DNA of 64,000 nt from Paramecium tetraurelia. Its lineage: Eukaryota. The notes under the pieces are model-generated. The model had not been told where the DNA came from and made no database searches. It was given only the letters and a program-made list of their open reading frames with translations. The stretch is taken from contig CT868330.1 in assembly GCA_000165425.1 (NCBI GenBank), positions 186,001-250,000 on the forward strand. Direction: 5' to 3'. Below are positions 36,624 to 50,941 of the stretch, in pieces (position 1 is the stretch's first letter; every line of letters begins with the position of its first letter). Both the position numbers and the translations under genes were made by a program.

Positions 36624-39353
36624 ATGGATCCAAGTGCACATTGGAAAGAACTTAATAGAAAGTATTACAAATTCCATCAATTTAATACTATCACAGGCGA
36701 GCAGAAGAGTCTTGACTTTTTCTATTAACGCATAGCAGTATCCAAGTGGGGTGGTCCTTTGGCTGCTACTAAAAATTATAATCAGGTTATCCTCATGCGT
36801 ACAGATGACCTGCTAAAAGACTCTATTGTGTTCTTCTCCAACAATGGCAAGATCATTTCCAAAGCTTAGTATAAAGAAATCGATAGAGTATAACAATTAA
36901 ATTATGTAGATTGCATTATTCGATTTTCTTGAGGATGAACAACTATTACTGCTTAAAGCAAACGGTTCATATTATATAGTAGATCCCATCAAAGGTACTA
37001 AAAAGACGTATGATTTGATGGATCAATTTAAACAATAATAAATCCATAAAGGTTTAATTGTTAACAATGGATTTGTATTGATGACAACAAATTTTGAATT
37101 CTTCTATATACCTAATGCGTATGAACCTTAAGTTCATAAAATGAAACCATCTAATCTCACTTAAGAACCTGAACATTGGTAAGTTATTCCACCTCAAAAA
37201 ACATAGAGTGGAAAGATGGAACTCTTGATTGCCAATCCTGATGGTGGAATTATTCATATAATTGAAGATGAAAAATGGAAGATCTATTACAATAAGGATA
37301 AAATAGTTAATGAGATCGATAAGAAACTACCTGATCTCAGAAACATCAAAATGATAAGCCTATCATCTAATTACAAAAACCTATCATTACTCTAATACAT
37401 AAATTAAAGATGGGTTGTAACATTCATTTCTGATTTCTTTGATTCAACAGATTGTAAATAAATACCAATCGATCTCAAAGAAGAGGACGTGAAAAAAGAA
37501 GAAAGTGCAGAAAAAGATATAAGCAAAATTGAAAGACCTAGAAGAATGCTTTGGTGTGGTGATGATTGTGTTGTTCTCCAATTACAATAATACCTAGTCT
37601 TAGTTTCTTAGGATTCTTACATTAAAGTCAAAATGAGCAATCCACATTTTGCACTTAAGTAGGAAGTTGATGGAGTCAGAATTTTAACTTAAAAGAAAAA
37701 TGAGATTTTACGTAAATTACCTGAAGCGTATGTTAATGTATTTTTACCACTTTCCATTAAACCAGGTGCTTAATTGCATTCTGCATATGAGTCATTTGAA
37801 TAAAAGAATCCTATTGAAGATGATGAATTAAGATCCAAAAAAACAGAACTAGGAGAAGCAGTTAATGATTGCATTAAAAGTGGATAATTTGAGATTAATC
37901 CTGAATATTAAATGAAATTATTAAAAGCAGCTAGTTATGGGAAGACATTTTTAGGAAATTAATTGATTGATCCAAACCTCTTAAATGAAACTTGTAAATA
38001 TCTCAGAGTGTCAAATGCTTTGCGAAGAAATGGAAGTGTAGGTGGTAGAGTTGTTACATACGAACAAGTCTTGTAATTGATAAAGAATCCAGATCTATTT
38101 ATAAATCTTATGCTAAGATACAATTTACATTATTTGGCTATTGAAATTTCACGTTTTCTTAAATTCTAAATTAAATAAAAATCTACAATTTATACTCATT
38201 GGGCATGTTGTAAAGTGGAAAGCCAAATAGACGATGATTAACTTTGTTAGATTATAAAGGAGAAGATTAAGGAAGAAAAAGGTGTATCCTTTACTTAGAT
38301 TGCATAGAAATCAATAGAAATAGGCAAATCATAATTGGCATTAAAACTTCTAGACAATGAACAAAGTTTATCTAAACGTATTCCAGTTCTAATTTGGATG
38401 GCGAATTATTAACAAGGGAACAACAATTCCTATTATGAGAAAGCCTTGATCGATGCAATTGCCTCTAAGGATTCAAATCTGATTTATCTTGTTCTTATGA
38501 AGTTTTTGAAAACAGACATGGACGAAACCTATAAATTTGGTATTCTATCATAAAATCCTGTTGCCCAAGCTCATTTAATATATTACCTTAGAAATTTTGA
38601 TGATAAATACTTGTAGAAATATTTATAGTATTTAAAAAAATATGATGAATGTGGTTTATTAGCCATTAATTAAGCATATCAATAAAGTAATTTAGGAGAG
38701 AAAATTAGGTTTTTGGAATTTGCATAGAAATACTTTGAGGAAGAAAGCAAAGATTCTTTCTATAGTAAAATATTATAAGAATAAATACGAACATTGACCG
38801 ATTTGAAATAAGAAGTTGAAAGAGAGAAAAAGGAGAAGAGCAAAGCAGTAATGGAAGAAAGACCTTTGAATTCAATTATGGAAACTTTTCTATCTAAAGA
38901 TAATATTCAATTAGCCTAAGAGTTTGCAAAGACATATAAAATTCCAGAAAGAAGGTAATTATCATCACTAATTATCAAATAGATTTAATATAACAAGAGT
39001 TAAATCGTTAATTAATAATAAGAATTGGGATGAATTGGAAAGATTTATAAATGAAAGGAACAAAAAGAATGTATCCATCCCCTATGAATTAGTTGCAGAT
39101 ATGTTGATCAAAGCAGACTAAGAAGAAAGAGGTCTACAAATGATAATGAAGATGCCAGATCCAGAAGTAACATAGAAGTTATATAATATAGGAATCTTGC
39201 TATATGTTATTAAAAATTGGGTAATAACGCCATGCTGTTCAAGTAGCCATTAACAATAAGAAGTCACAATTGATACAAGATATCAGAGGATCAATAAATG
39301 ATAATTAAGCTAGAGCATAACTTGAAATGTACTTAAGTTAAAATCAAAAATGA
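36624..39353 (+). CDS. VPS16: Vacuolar protein sorting 16 (HOPS/CORVET core)
   Basis: AVSKWGGPLA, MLWCGDD, QEVDGVRI, AVNDCI, LLKAASYGK, LRVSNALR, HWACCKV. Confidence 0.92.
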
Positions 39354-39498
39354 TATAAAAGGTTATGTATTAAATAGAGAAAATATTATAATGTTATTTT
39401 GTATATTTTCTATATTTTTCTAACATCTTTAGATAATTAAGGTTTTGCATTGATGATTCTGAAAAATAAATAAATTAACATTTAAATTTGCCAATATA

Positions 39499-40379
39499 AT
39501 GTCTAGAGATTATTAATTCAAGCTTCCTTCTCTCTTAAAAGGACCAAGCATAGTTTCAATGGAGGACCCTTATAAACCTCCTTTATTATAAAAATTTTCG
39601 TATAGAATAATATCATAATTAGATCATCTGATTGTTTCAATGACTATGAATAAAGGCAGCCACCTTTTAGTAGAATGTCAAGTTTCTTTTTATACGATTC
39701 TGGGATACCCTTAGGGCCCAGAAGATCAGTTACCTATCAAAATTATCCGCCCCAGCTTTAACATTTATAATCCTAAAAATCATAAATTATTGAAGCAAAG
39801 TAGAAAGTAGAAATAATACCTAAAGAGAAAGAAAAATTAGAATAAGAAGAATAATTAGAATAAATAGAATAAGTAGAATCAAATGAGCAAGAAGAAAGAG
39901 AACAAATAAAGAGAAAAAAATAATAATAAAACTTCAAAAGGTTGTAAATACAAAAAAAAATAAAGAAAAAAAGAAATAGTGAATTAGAACAATAACCTTG
40001 CTTTTGCAGAAATAGTGGTTGTTTAAAAAGATATTGTAGATGTTTTCATAGTGGAAGAATGTGTTTAAAAGATTGTTAATGTGTTGAAGGATGTTTGAAT
40101 AATCATGATCATTTAGAATAACGCAATGATGCAATAAAGCATGTTAATGAGAAATGCCATAGAAATAAGAATGTACCAAAAGATGCTCTATTTAAACTCA
40201 AAGATTGTTTTGGTTGCAATTGTAAGAAGACTAGGTGTCAAACAGGTTATTGTGAATGTTTTTTGAGAAAATCAAAATGTACAATGGATTGTTAATGCGA
40301 TAATTGTGAGAATGGTCTCGATGAAGCATACTTGGAGAGCCAACAGAAAAGAAAGAATTATAGAGCTAAAAGAAAATGA
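39499..40379 (+). CDS. Tesmin/TSO1-like CRC (CXC) domain protein
   Basis: PCFCRNSGCLKRYCRCFHSGRMCLKDCQC and GCNCKKTRCQTGYCECFLRKSKCTMDCQCDNCEN. Confidence 0.9.
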
Positions 40380-40445
40380 GTATAATTAACATATTTTTAT
40401 GATATAGAGCATTTATTTATATATATTAAAATAACAATTGCATAA

Positions 40446-41445
40446 ATGAAACATAATCTATAAGCAAAGTAATAATTAGATATTAATCATCAAGAAAAAA
40501 TAAGAGAAATATAACTGGAGGAGAGATCCATTTGAATTAAATTGATGAGGCTGATAAAATAAATGAAGATGCTTCCTAAGATTATGAGAGCAATCTATTA
40601 AAGGTTTTAGATTTGCAACCGGAGATCACTAAAATATTCATCGAAAGTATTTGACAATTTAATCAAATAGATTTGACAAATGGTAGTTTCATTGAATTGA
40701 ATGAACAAGCATTAAGAAGGAAAATTCAAATGATGGAAGAAAGCAGAAAATAGTAAATTCAAACTGAAAATGTGTTGCTAGTTTTGAACAAATTAATTCA
40801 TGAGGCTGTTAAATTAATAGACAGATTTATCTTCTTTTTCTAAGGATTATTGGCAGGTTACATTTAAAATTAACAAGGGAATGACATTGATGCATGTTTT
40901 CATTATTTTTCTCGGATAGAGTACAGATAAAGAAGGATTAACAACATTCTTTAAATTATATGCTAAATACTGTTTAAGAGTAGATTAAGTTTTTCATATC
41001 ATAATATTAATCAGTGCATTTGGTAGCTTGTTTGTTTGCATTCAATTAAAAGATTAGTAAGAAAAGACAAAGAACAATTAAGATAAAAAGTTCTTTATCC
41101 AATCAATAATTAGTGCTCTTTGTAATATATTCATTTTAAAATAGTTTATAATATTGCTTATCTGTTATGGGTGATAGGACATAAAAATATAGTTTAATTA
41201 TCAAGTGGAATCACTCAGGATGATACAAATGATCAAGTTTAATCTGTAATTGATGGGTCTGCATTATACAATTTTTGGACTTATACATAGATAGCAATTA
41301 CTGTTCTTACTGTATTAGGCTGGTTTATATCAGTAAATACAACTGAAAGTAATCTTAACTATTTGGCTTCAGTCGAGGCAGAGTATGAAATAATTAATAA
41401 TTTAATAGTCAAATATTTGGCGATGAAAATAGGAAGGAAAAATGA
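40446..41445 (+). CDS. TMEM237-like ciliary transition-zone membrane protein (one splice junction anomalous)
   Basis: QPEITKIFIE..GSF, FFFQGLL(A)GMTLMH, four hydrophobic helices, C-terminal VLGWFIS; junction at 40853-40877 does not restore frame with GT-AG. Confidence 0.6.
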
Positions 41446-41515
41446 TTATATTATTATTATATATATAAAGTAGTTTAAATTTATAGTTTTGTATTTTATT
41501 TAAACTTTAATCATT

Positions 41516-41896
41516 TCATATTTGTTATTTCATATGATAACGATGTAATTCTAACTATTCCAACAAGTATTATTCTATTGCTGGAAACTAAATTTTCAGT
41601 TATGAATCCTATAACACTGTCTCCACAGTATTTAATAGTGTTTGTAATTCATTTTCTAGATCTGATAAGAGATAATCAGAGTATCTCTTTTACAAACGAG
41701 CAATACAGTGTGCTAACTTGCTTCTCATAATTATTAGCTAGTTCAAATTGTAACGAAGATCGCCAATAACTTCATCAGATAACTATAATTATCCAATGAT
41801 TTTAATGAAATTCTCAGCAATCAATAAAGGGAACTTAATTTCCTGTAATTGGGATTTATTTGATTTATGACTGCCAGAAGAACAAGCTAGCCCCAT
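41516..41896 (-). CDS. Small helical hypothetical protein with N-terminal acylation motif (MGLACSS)
   Basis: Intronless 126 aa code-6 ORF. Confidence 0.7.
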
Positions 41897-41940
41897 TTTT
41901 AAATTAATTTAATTTTTTATAAATAACTTATATATATTAA

Positions 41941-43871
41941 TCAGTATTAAAGGAAACTAAAAATAACACGAATAAACTTACTTTTCTTTACACGAGTCAG
42001 TACTCTTCAGTTCTCTGTCTTCCTCTATTATAATAAGATTATTCATACTTTATAACTATTCTAATTGATTCACAGCTTTGGACATTTCTTTTTTAAGATC
42101 TTAAACAATATTAGAAATGTTGTTTTATTTATCATTCACTTTTCTTATTATTGAATCTATTAATGCTTAAATAATCAATTACCGAACTATTTCCCTGTAT
42201 TAAATTAAGCTAAATCATTAGTTTAATATTCAGACTACCCAAAATAGCTTTTAAATTTTTCCTCAAAGTTCTATATTTAAATATCAAATAAATACAATTA
42301 TTTTTTTTTTATCCTTGTTTTCTAACTATTTTAATTCTTAAAATATAGCAAGATTTTCAAATACTTAACTTTCTTCTCTGTCCATATTATTAATATGAAC
42401 AGTTAAGAAATCATCTGCAAATCTAACTTTTTTGTCATTTGAATTAATAGCTAAAGCTTTTTTATTTTCTGAAAACAAAGGTGAATATTGTTATTATTAC
42501 TATTATTATTATTACTAAGGGATAATTATAGACTATTATTATTGTTGTTGTTATATTGAATAAAGTTGATCTTAAAGGTCTTAATTTTATTATTTTAATT
42601 TTGATATTTGTTATAATAATTCTCCTTGATTCCTCTTTTGAACAATACCTTCAAGTTCTTCCCTCATTTGTTTCTCCTTTTGATATTATTTCATTAATTC
42701 TTGATACTCTTCTAAGGATACACCTTTAGGCTTATTGGTTTTTGGTTATTAGATATTTCTACCATCTAATACAGCTCTCTTGGCTCGATTAGCGAACTAC
42801 AATGTAGAGAAGGTTTCAGCACTGGAAGATATAGAAGGTGAAACACAAACAATGAATAAAATCTTCCCACTGCCACTTAAAGAGTCACTTAGAACTCTAG
42901 TCAATTTAGAATTTCTAAATGGAATATGTGTTCTATTTCTATCAATCAGTGCTGATATGCAATGTCCTAAACAAGATAGACTCCCATTGATGGACGTCAA
43001 TTCTTAGATGTGGAGTTCCTTTTCTTCAGGTGTCAAGTCAGTCGGAATTTTAAACTTTTCTGATCCAGCCAAATCAACAATTTTAAGGGATGACTCTTGT
43101 AATACAGGTTCTCCATTTATAACTGAAACTTATTAAAGAGTCATTTAAAAACAACAATGAGATCTTGAACTTTTTGAATTGGCATGACTGCATCCAACAA
43201 CTCTATTTCTTAATCCAAGAATCAAATATTCATAAGCAGTATCTATATCCATAATTCGTATTTATGATAAATCTGGAATGTTTACATCACCATTTTTATT
43301 TTCACGAATATCCAATCCTTGAGATTTTAGATTAAAAAGATCAAAAATCTATTAATAAATTTGATCTATATACTTTTTCATTGTAAATTTCATAGAATGA
43401 TAAGTAAAGTCGACATTAATCTTCTTCTATTTAAGTTTATAATTGAGACATGATTGATTGCACTGCTCTAGGTAGAATTCCTCTTTCATTGCATCTAATA
43501 ACTTAATGAAACTTTTCAGTAGAAACATTAGCTACGTTTTCAGGTAATCCACCCATTATTGTATAAGTTTTACCAGCTCCTGTTTATCCATAAGCAAAAA
43601 TAGTGTTGTTTATTCCTTATATGAACGATTTAATAGATTCAGAAACTAATCGTTGAACATCTTATTGATTGGCTGTTTTAGGAAGTATGTCACTGAATTT
43701 CATTCGGAGAGTATTCCCAATTCTAGTCACTTTTATTGTATTATCATCGATCAACTATACAAAGTCTTCTTCACTTTCACTATTTAAGGTGGGTCTGACT
43801 CGAACTGCTATTCTAACTTTGCTATTATCATTTGGGACATCTCTTTAATTAGGGCTCTTAGATTTATTCAT
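41941..43871 (-). CDS. N-terminal kinesin motor protein with Gln-rich tail
   Basis: [60 protein letters not shown]. Confidence 0.93.
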
Positions 43872-44345
43872 TCGTTAATTAATAATAATAAGAATCAAAC
43901 TTAACTAAAAGTAGATTATTTTAATATAATTTATGATTTAAATCCAAATATGTTCAATACTCTGTCTAATTGTAATAAATACTTATCATTTTTCACTAAA
44001 ATTCAAAGAAGCCAAATATTTAGATGTTATTGTTAGGCCTCATTTAAAATCCTAATTTCATTAAAGAATGAATAGAATTAATCATGCTCATCTAGTATAA
44101 GTTCTTCTTATTATATTTTGAAATATTAGAAAGATTTGGGTTTGAAATTCCAATGTATTTTATTATATTTTAGTCTTATTTATGTTCTTACAATAAAATA
44201 ATGCGATGATAAAGGTTTCTAAAAAATCAAATATGATCATGATGATATTCAAAGTAATAATTTCACTCTTTTCCCTAATCTTTACTAAAATTGAAATATT
44301 GATTGTAGTGCATTTCATTAAATAAATAAGCTGTTAGAAAAATAA

Positions 44346-45530
44346 ATGGAATTGAAGCAACTGAATAAATTTATCTAAGAATAATAATTAGAAAAGAAAC
44401 ATTAATTAATAAAATACTTGGTTATCTTGAGTGTCTGTTTAGCAAAGCAGTAGCTAAATGATATTATATTTTGAAGCAAAAACAATTTAGCAAATATTTT
44501 AATAGTTTATTTAGATTCTTACAAAGAAAAGTCAATACAATAAGAATTAAAAAGTTTACTCAAGAAAGTACTTTAAATAGAAAAGCATTTTAACTTGAAA
44601 GATAAATTTCAAATCATAGCAAACCTAAACTATTGTCTCCCAAATTAACTCCAAATTTAATAAAATGTTAAAAAAGCTACACCTTTCAAGCATTGTTTAG
44701 ATGGTTCAGAGATATTTAAACCCGTTAATAAATAGTTTAGCAAATCAATATTATGGAATCAATAACAATATTCTATTCTATTATACTATAATAACGATTC
44801 ATAACATATACCTTAAGGAAAACAAACAAATGATTCATAATCAGTTCTACCATAGTATTTACCTCGAAATAATTCATAAGATGATTTCATCTATTTTGAT
44901 AAAGAGAAATAGTGTTCATTAAAAAAATAGCGATCTTCATATCATACAAGTTAGATTGGCAGTTTGCACAATAGAAACTCTCCTTAATTTAAATAATGTA
45001 AAAAAGAGAATAAGACTCCTTAAGGATGTGCTGTACCAAAACATCTTAGAAAAGTTTAATCAAAATTAAAGAACAAATATAATAATGTAAGGAACAATAA
45101 CGATCTAATCACACCTAAAAAGAAGATGAATCAACAATTAACATAGAGAATAGTTAATTGAATCCATTTAATAATACTCCTTAATATAATTTGTTTTAGC
45201 CTTGCTAGTCTATTCATTTGGAATGTGGATAAGTATGTAGTTCAAAACAACATTAAAATCAATTATAAGATTCAAATACTAGTATAAAAAGAAAATTATT
45301 TAACATTGACGAAATTACATTATCTTTTTCAAATTCCTCCTTCCTCAAAGTCAAGTAAGCAAAGATTATTTAGTAAATAAGAATCGGCATCTTAATCATC
45401 AGCATACAGCAATTTCTCATTATTCAATCCAAACAATGAACTTAAAAGTATTAGTAAATTTAAATTATAGATTTCTTTTAATAGTTAGATAAGTAAGCGG
45501 GTAACTCTTATCTTTTTAATTTTGTAAACT
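44346..45530 (+). pseudogene. Decayed hypothetical gene
   Basis: ATG 44346 MELKQLNKFIQE..., frame switches and TGAs; downstream patch AVPKHLRKVQSKLK. Confidence 0.35.
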
Positions 45531-45584
45531 AATAATTTGTTCAACTAATTATATAACTAATACTTAAACTCATAAGCCAGATTG

Positions 45585-45656
45585 GGTCTTGTAGTGTAGC
45601 GGTTATCACAAAGGATTCTGACTCCTTTAACCCAGGTTCGAGTCCTGGTAAGACCT
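45585..45656 (+). tRNA. tRNA-Gln (CUG)
   Basis: GGTCTTG/TAAGACC acceptor, AAGGA-TTCTGAC-TCCTT anticodon arm, CCAGG-TTCGAGT-CCTGG T arm; 72 nt. Confidence 0.95.
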
Positions 45657-45659
45657 TAA

Positions 45660-45668
45660 TTTTTTTTT
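45660..45668 (+). terminator. Pol III terminator (T9) of tRNA-Gln
   Basis: T-run just downstream of the tRNA. Confidence 0.75.
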
Positions 45669-46104
45669 AAATATTGTTAATTTAAATTTTACTAAATTCA
45701 TCACTCTTGAAAAAATTTGAATCGTCCATCACTTCATCCTTGTAATTGAATCTGCAAACATTTCCACCATTTTAAAAAAATAATAAGTCTGAATCACTTT
45801 GAAAATTTTTCTTAAGCTAATTCAGATATATTTTAACTATTCGTTACTCTACATCAATAAATCCATCCTCATTTTTTTCTATGTCTTTATTCTAATTTTA
45901 ATTTCAATATAATATAATCCTGCTGCCATTAAATGAATATCCTCAATTTTATAGTTATAAATACTGACTACAACAACTATTTGCACTTGATTATGATTTA
46001 TAAATGACAAGTTATACTTAGGTTTGAGATTTTTGATTCGAAAATTATCTAATAAAAATCTTAATTCTTTGGTTTTGACAAATAGTGTATTTGTTATTTT
46101 ATTA

Positions 46105-48962
46105 ATGAATTTTTTCAAGTTCTTATATAGAGAACCTATTAAGCATGAGGTGAACCAAAAGTTGATAAAACATGTTATTTATTCAAATGATGATGAATAT
46201 TAAGGAGAATTAGTAAACGATAAACGGCATGGTTAAGGGACATATAAATTCGTCTCTGGCAATCGTTATGAAGGAGAATGGAAAAATCATTAAAAGCATG
46301 GAAAAGGGAAATTATACTATAAAAATGGAGAATTATATATAGGTGATTGGATAGAGAATAAAAAATGTGGTGAAGGAATGCATTTTTATATTAATGGTGA
46401 TAGATATGTAGGAGAATGGAAAGATGATTAAAGAGATGGGATGGGGTTAATTTATCAATCAGACAACAATACTTTTTATGGTATCCATACAAAGTAACTA
46501 TAGGATTATTCAGAATGAATAAAAAATTTGGAATGGGCTATTTGTTTAATTCAAGGGAGAGAAAATATTATAAACAACAGTATGAATAAGATAATCTATT
46601 GGATAATGTATAAATAGATGAACCACCTTAACTTGTATTAGAGAAGTTCCATGTAAAGGCTGAGAAAACTCATATTGAAAGAGAGAAAATGGAAAATTAT
46701 ATGATTAATATTGTGACAAGTCCTCCTATTTAAGTGGATAGCGATAAATAGAAAGATTAAGTTATAAATTAATAAGGAGAATAAGATTAGCAATAAAAGG
46801 TGGATTGCTAATCTATATAACTAACCAGTTCACATCAACATGGATTTTTAAGCTTATAGGTTCTGGAAAAGATTGATTAATTTGAGAATCAAAAGAATAG
46901 TAATTTTCATTATTAAAAATTCAGTGTAGGAATGGCAACTATAAGAAGTATGTGGATGGCTTGATTCACTTGACCTAGGAGAATACAAAGATGAATTCAT
47001 AAAAAATTAAATGACTGGAAGGACACTTTACGGATTAACAGATAATGAATTGAAACAAGATTTAGGGATTTCTGTTTTAGGACATAGAAAAAAGATTCTT
47101 TAATCGATAGAAGAGTATAAAAAATACTATATGAAATTTATGGAGGGCAAAATCAGATTTAAAAAGCCCTTAGAATCCTTAGAAGAAAGAAAAGGTTTAT
47201 ATACATCAATTGAATAATAACGATTTAAAAGCATATTCTCATATATGGAGAAGATTGATGAGGAATAAAATGAATATCCGGATAACAATAAGAAAGAATC
47301 AAGCAGTGATTCTTATAACAGTTATAGAAAAAAGAGAAATACAAAAGAATCCCAAATGTCTCCCGCAAGGTCGATCTCTAATGATTCTGATTAGAGCAGT
47401 CTTAGTGATAATGATAAGTCTGTAAAATTAAAAAGATAGAAAAGTAAGAAAAGTAGAAAATAATAAAGAAAGGTTACATTAGACTTATAAAAATCTGGAG
47501 ATTCTGCTGACGATGAAGAAGGCAAATAGCATTTATCATCCCCAAAATGTAGTTAATTTATATATTACATAGAATCCCCAAATAAAATGAATAATAACAC
47601 AAGCGATTAGAAAGTAGACATGCTTACTTTAAATGATTGCATAAATGGAACTGAAGATATTAAAGATAAAGAATCTAATGTAACATTTGATTTTTCGAGA
47701 CAATAATCAACAAATAAATAAGAATTTTCCGAGTTTGTATCTTCTAAAAGCCCTCCATAAATTAATGTAACGAATGATGAACTAAACCAACTTCAATTAG
47801 AAAAATTATAATCTATAACTTTATAATTGTCTCGTTAGAAATCAGAACCTAATGGGAACAAGTTCTAAGATCAAGATTCCTCAAGTTAAGAATCAGATGT
47901 ATCTGGAAATGATTCAAGCTCAGATTCTTCTGATGATGAAAAAATAAAAAAAAAATAAAGGAGATAAAAAGAAATTAGAAAGGAAAAAGAAAAAGATGAC
48001 AGATAGCAGCATCATTTGCCCAAAAAATTGTTATTTATGCTTAAAGAGTTTGGCATAAATGAGAGAGTTCTTATAGTTTTCCATGAATTGATTATAGGAT
48101 AAATAATAGGGGAAGGGGGATATGGAGTAGTGCATAAAGGTAAGTGGCTTGGTTAAGATGTTGCTATTAAATCTTATGGTAAAAGGAAATCTCAAGGAAA
48201 TTTGAAATATAAAATATAAATGGCAGATTTCTTAAAAGAAGTTGAAGTCATCTCAAATCTTCGCCATCCAAATATTGTTTTATATATGGGAGTTTGTATT
48301 AGAAAATAGAATTATTATTTAATCACTGAATATCTAGAAGAAGGTAGTCTTTTTGATCATTTACATAAAAAGAAAACACATATCGATCAAAAGGCTTTAA
48401 TGTAAATAGTTGAGGATATAGCTTTAGGAATGAATTATCTTCACGGCAGAAAGGTTATGCATTGTGATTTAAAATCATCTAATGTTTTGATAGATCAAAA
48501 TTGGAATGTAAAGTTATGTGATTTTGGTTTATCAAGAATAAATAAAAAAATTGATCATAAAATTAATAAGGGAGCTAGAATTGGTACACCACATTGGATG
48601 GCTCCAGAAATTATGAGAGGAGAAACATATTAAGAAAAAGCTGATGTCTACAGTTTTGGGATGATCTTATGGGAAATTATAACCTAATAAATTCCTTATG
48701 AAGGCTTATCCTAAACTTAGATAATTGGTTCTGTAGGGTATGGTTAAGATCAAGTGCCAATACCATTTCAGAGCAACCCTCCTATTTTGCTTCATTTGGC
48801 AAAGAAGTGTTTAAAGAAAAATCCAGACGAAAGACCCACTTTTGCAGATATTGTGAATGAAATTCAATAGGGACAAAAAACAGACGCAAAATTGAAAAGT
48901 ATGATTATCCACATTTTATTTTAGAATAAGCAATACGGCAGCTCATTGACTTTTTTGAATGA
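46105..48962 (+). CDS. Tyrosine-kinase-like (TKL) kinase with N-terminal MORN repeats and a SAM domain
   Basis: MORN repeats (YEGEWKNHQKHGKG); SAM (WQLQEVCGWLDSLDLGEYKDEF...LKQDLGISVLGHRKKI); kinase GEGGYG, VAIK, HCDLKSSN, DFG, GTPHWMAPE. Confidence 0.92.
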
Positions 48963-50163
48963 ACTATCATAACCATTTATTCATTAAGTTGTAATTTAAA
49001 ATATTATTTCAATTTTTGCGTTTTTTGTTTGTTTTTTCTTTTGCTTATAACATTTTCTTACTTTATTCAAGGAACACTATTTGATATCCAAATTATATAT
49101 CCTTGCATTTTGAGGACATTGTCTATTAAAATATATTTGGTTAACATTTATTTTTTAAATGCTTTTTTGTATAAGGGATGTCAACTGCCATTAGTTTGTA
49201 TTTATTACAGCTGTCGGTTTTATAATGACATTTTATTAGTATTGACTCAGTTCATTTTGGTTTCATCTGCTTTTCATATGATTTTTAAAGAACAATATAA
49301 CTTTAACTTAATTATAATGTGGATTCCTTTTTCATTGATAAATTTGTTTGTATTCTTTGCTATTAACACTTGGTATTTAGACAGTATTTCATATTAAAAC
49401 GAAATCTTAATTGAAAATCAACTAATTCTCAAGAAATACCATGTTACATTACAAAAAATTGAAGCTTTAACAATAGAATTCTATTCAGAAAATCTCTTAA
49501 TAAAATTTACTTTAGTCAAGAGTAAGTAAAAATATTGCTTAATAAATTTTATTTAGAAGTAAACAAAAGATAAGAACCAAATCAAAAGGTTAATTTTATC
49601 ATTTTTGCTCTTACCTTAGTATATTTAGGGCATTTATTTAAAATATGGGATTTTATAAACGAATTACAATGGACATTGGATACACTAGCATTGATATGAT
49701 CAATTTTTGATTTGCTAGGATACTTTATTGGAAATTATTGTTAAGTGAATTATACGTAGAATATTTATTAAGAAAATTATTGATGACTTTTGAATTTATT
49801 AATATCTCAAGTTCTTTGCATTTTATTCAATCCATTCATAGCTAATTTTAAAGCCAAAAAGTATTCTTTTCGATTCTAATGATTAGATTATTGTTTTCTT
49901 TAGCCATAAAGTGGGTTTAAAGTAAAATTAAATGATAAATAGACAATTTTTATAATAACATCTAAATTTCAAGTTCTTAGTGTTAGGCATATTATTTGCA
50001 GTTAATTTTATACAAATATAATTATTAGAGGTGATAATTGCAACTATACATTTTTTTGCTTACCATTTAGAAAGCGATTTTGATTTATATAGAGAAAAAT
50101 AAAATACTATTAAGAATAATAAAAGTTATATTATAAATCACACAAGCTTGAAAAATGATATTA

Positions 50164-50941
50164 TCAGACATATTTATTTATTGAATCTGGTAATTGTTTA
50201 CAGTATGGACAAACCTTGTTTGTATTCATTGGAGTTTTTAACCATTATAAAACACAATCTTGATGAAAGGTGTGCCTTCCTTTACATTGATATTCAGCAA
50301 TATGTTCCTTGACTTTAAATTCTTCATAACATATGGGACAAACATCCAAAGTACTAAGTGAAAGTTCTTTAAGTTCTTCTATTTTGATGAAGCTTTCTTT
50401 AAACTCAACAATAGTTTACTCCTCAAGTGTGTTTTCAAATTATCCTGTAATAATGATGCGATTTAATAATTATCCACAAACTGAATATCTGAGTATTTTT
50501 CTACATATTAAGTAAAACTTACTTAATATTTTGACATGATTCTGGAGATTCTCCAAAAAAATCCAAAATTACTAATATGATTCCAGCAAAATATAAAATA
50601 TTAATCAAACATTAATTGATATCTAAATATTGATGCAGTTTATATCGTAATAATGTTCTCAATTACATTATTTAATCCTTTTTATTCTACTCTTATTTCA
50701 ATGTTATTAATTGAGGTATTATTAGTACGTATAAAAATATAGCACACAGATTGCTGATAAAAAGCAGGAATAAGAATGAGCATTTAAACCATGCTGCGGA
50801 ATATGGCAATTTATTATTCATTAAGTTATCGATGCAAAGCAAACAGAAGATAATGCTGAGAAGCAAATTCATTGCATCTTATTTAATTAGGTACTTTCTT
50901 GATGAAATTGGAGCTATGAGCAATCTTTATATATTTTACAT
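50164..50941 (-). CDS. Membrane-associated RING-H2 E3 ligase-like protein
   Basis: One 22-nt intron, 251 aa; N-terminal hydrophobic helices; CPICYEEF...CKGRHTFHQDCVLQW...CPYC. Confidence 0.82.

Noticed and set aside
29279..41445. Apparent cilia-gene cluster (TCTEX1D2, NPHP4-like Ig protein, TMEM237-like)
   Set aside because: Interspersed with unrelated genes, and ciliary genes are abundant in ciliates; no evidence of functional clustering.
42485..42600. (TTA/TTG)n microsatellite-like tract
   Set aside because: It is the poly-Gln (TAA/CAA) segment of the kinesin tail on the minus strand.
45585..45656. Possible stop-decoding tRNA-Gln (CUA/UUA)
   Set aside because: The anticodon is CTG, an ordinary CAG decoder.
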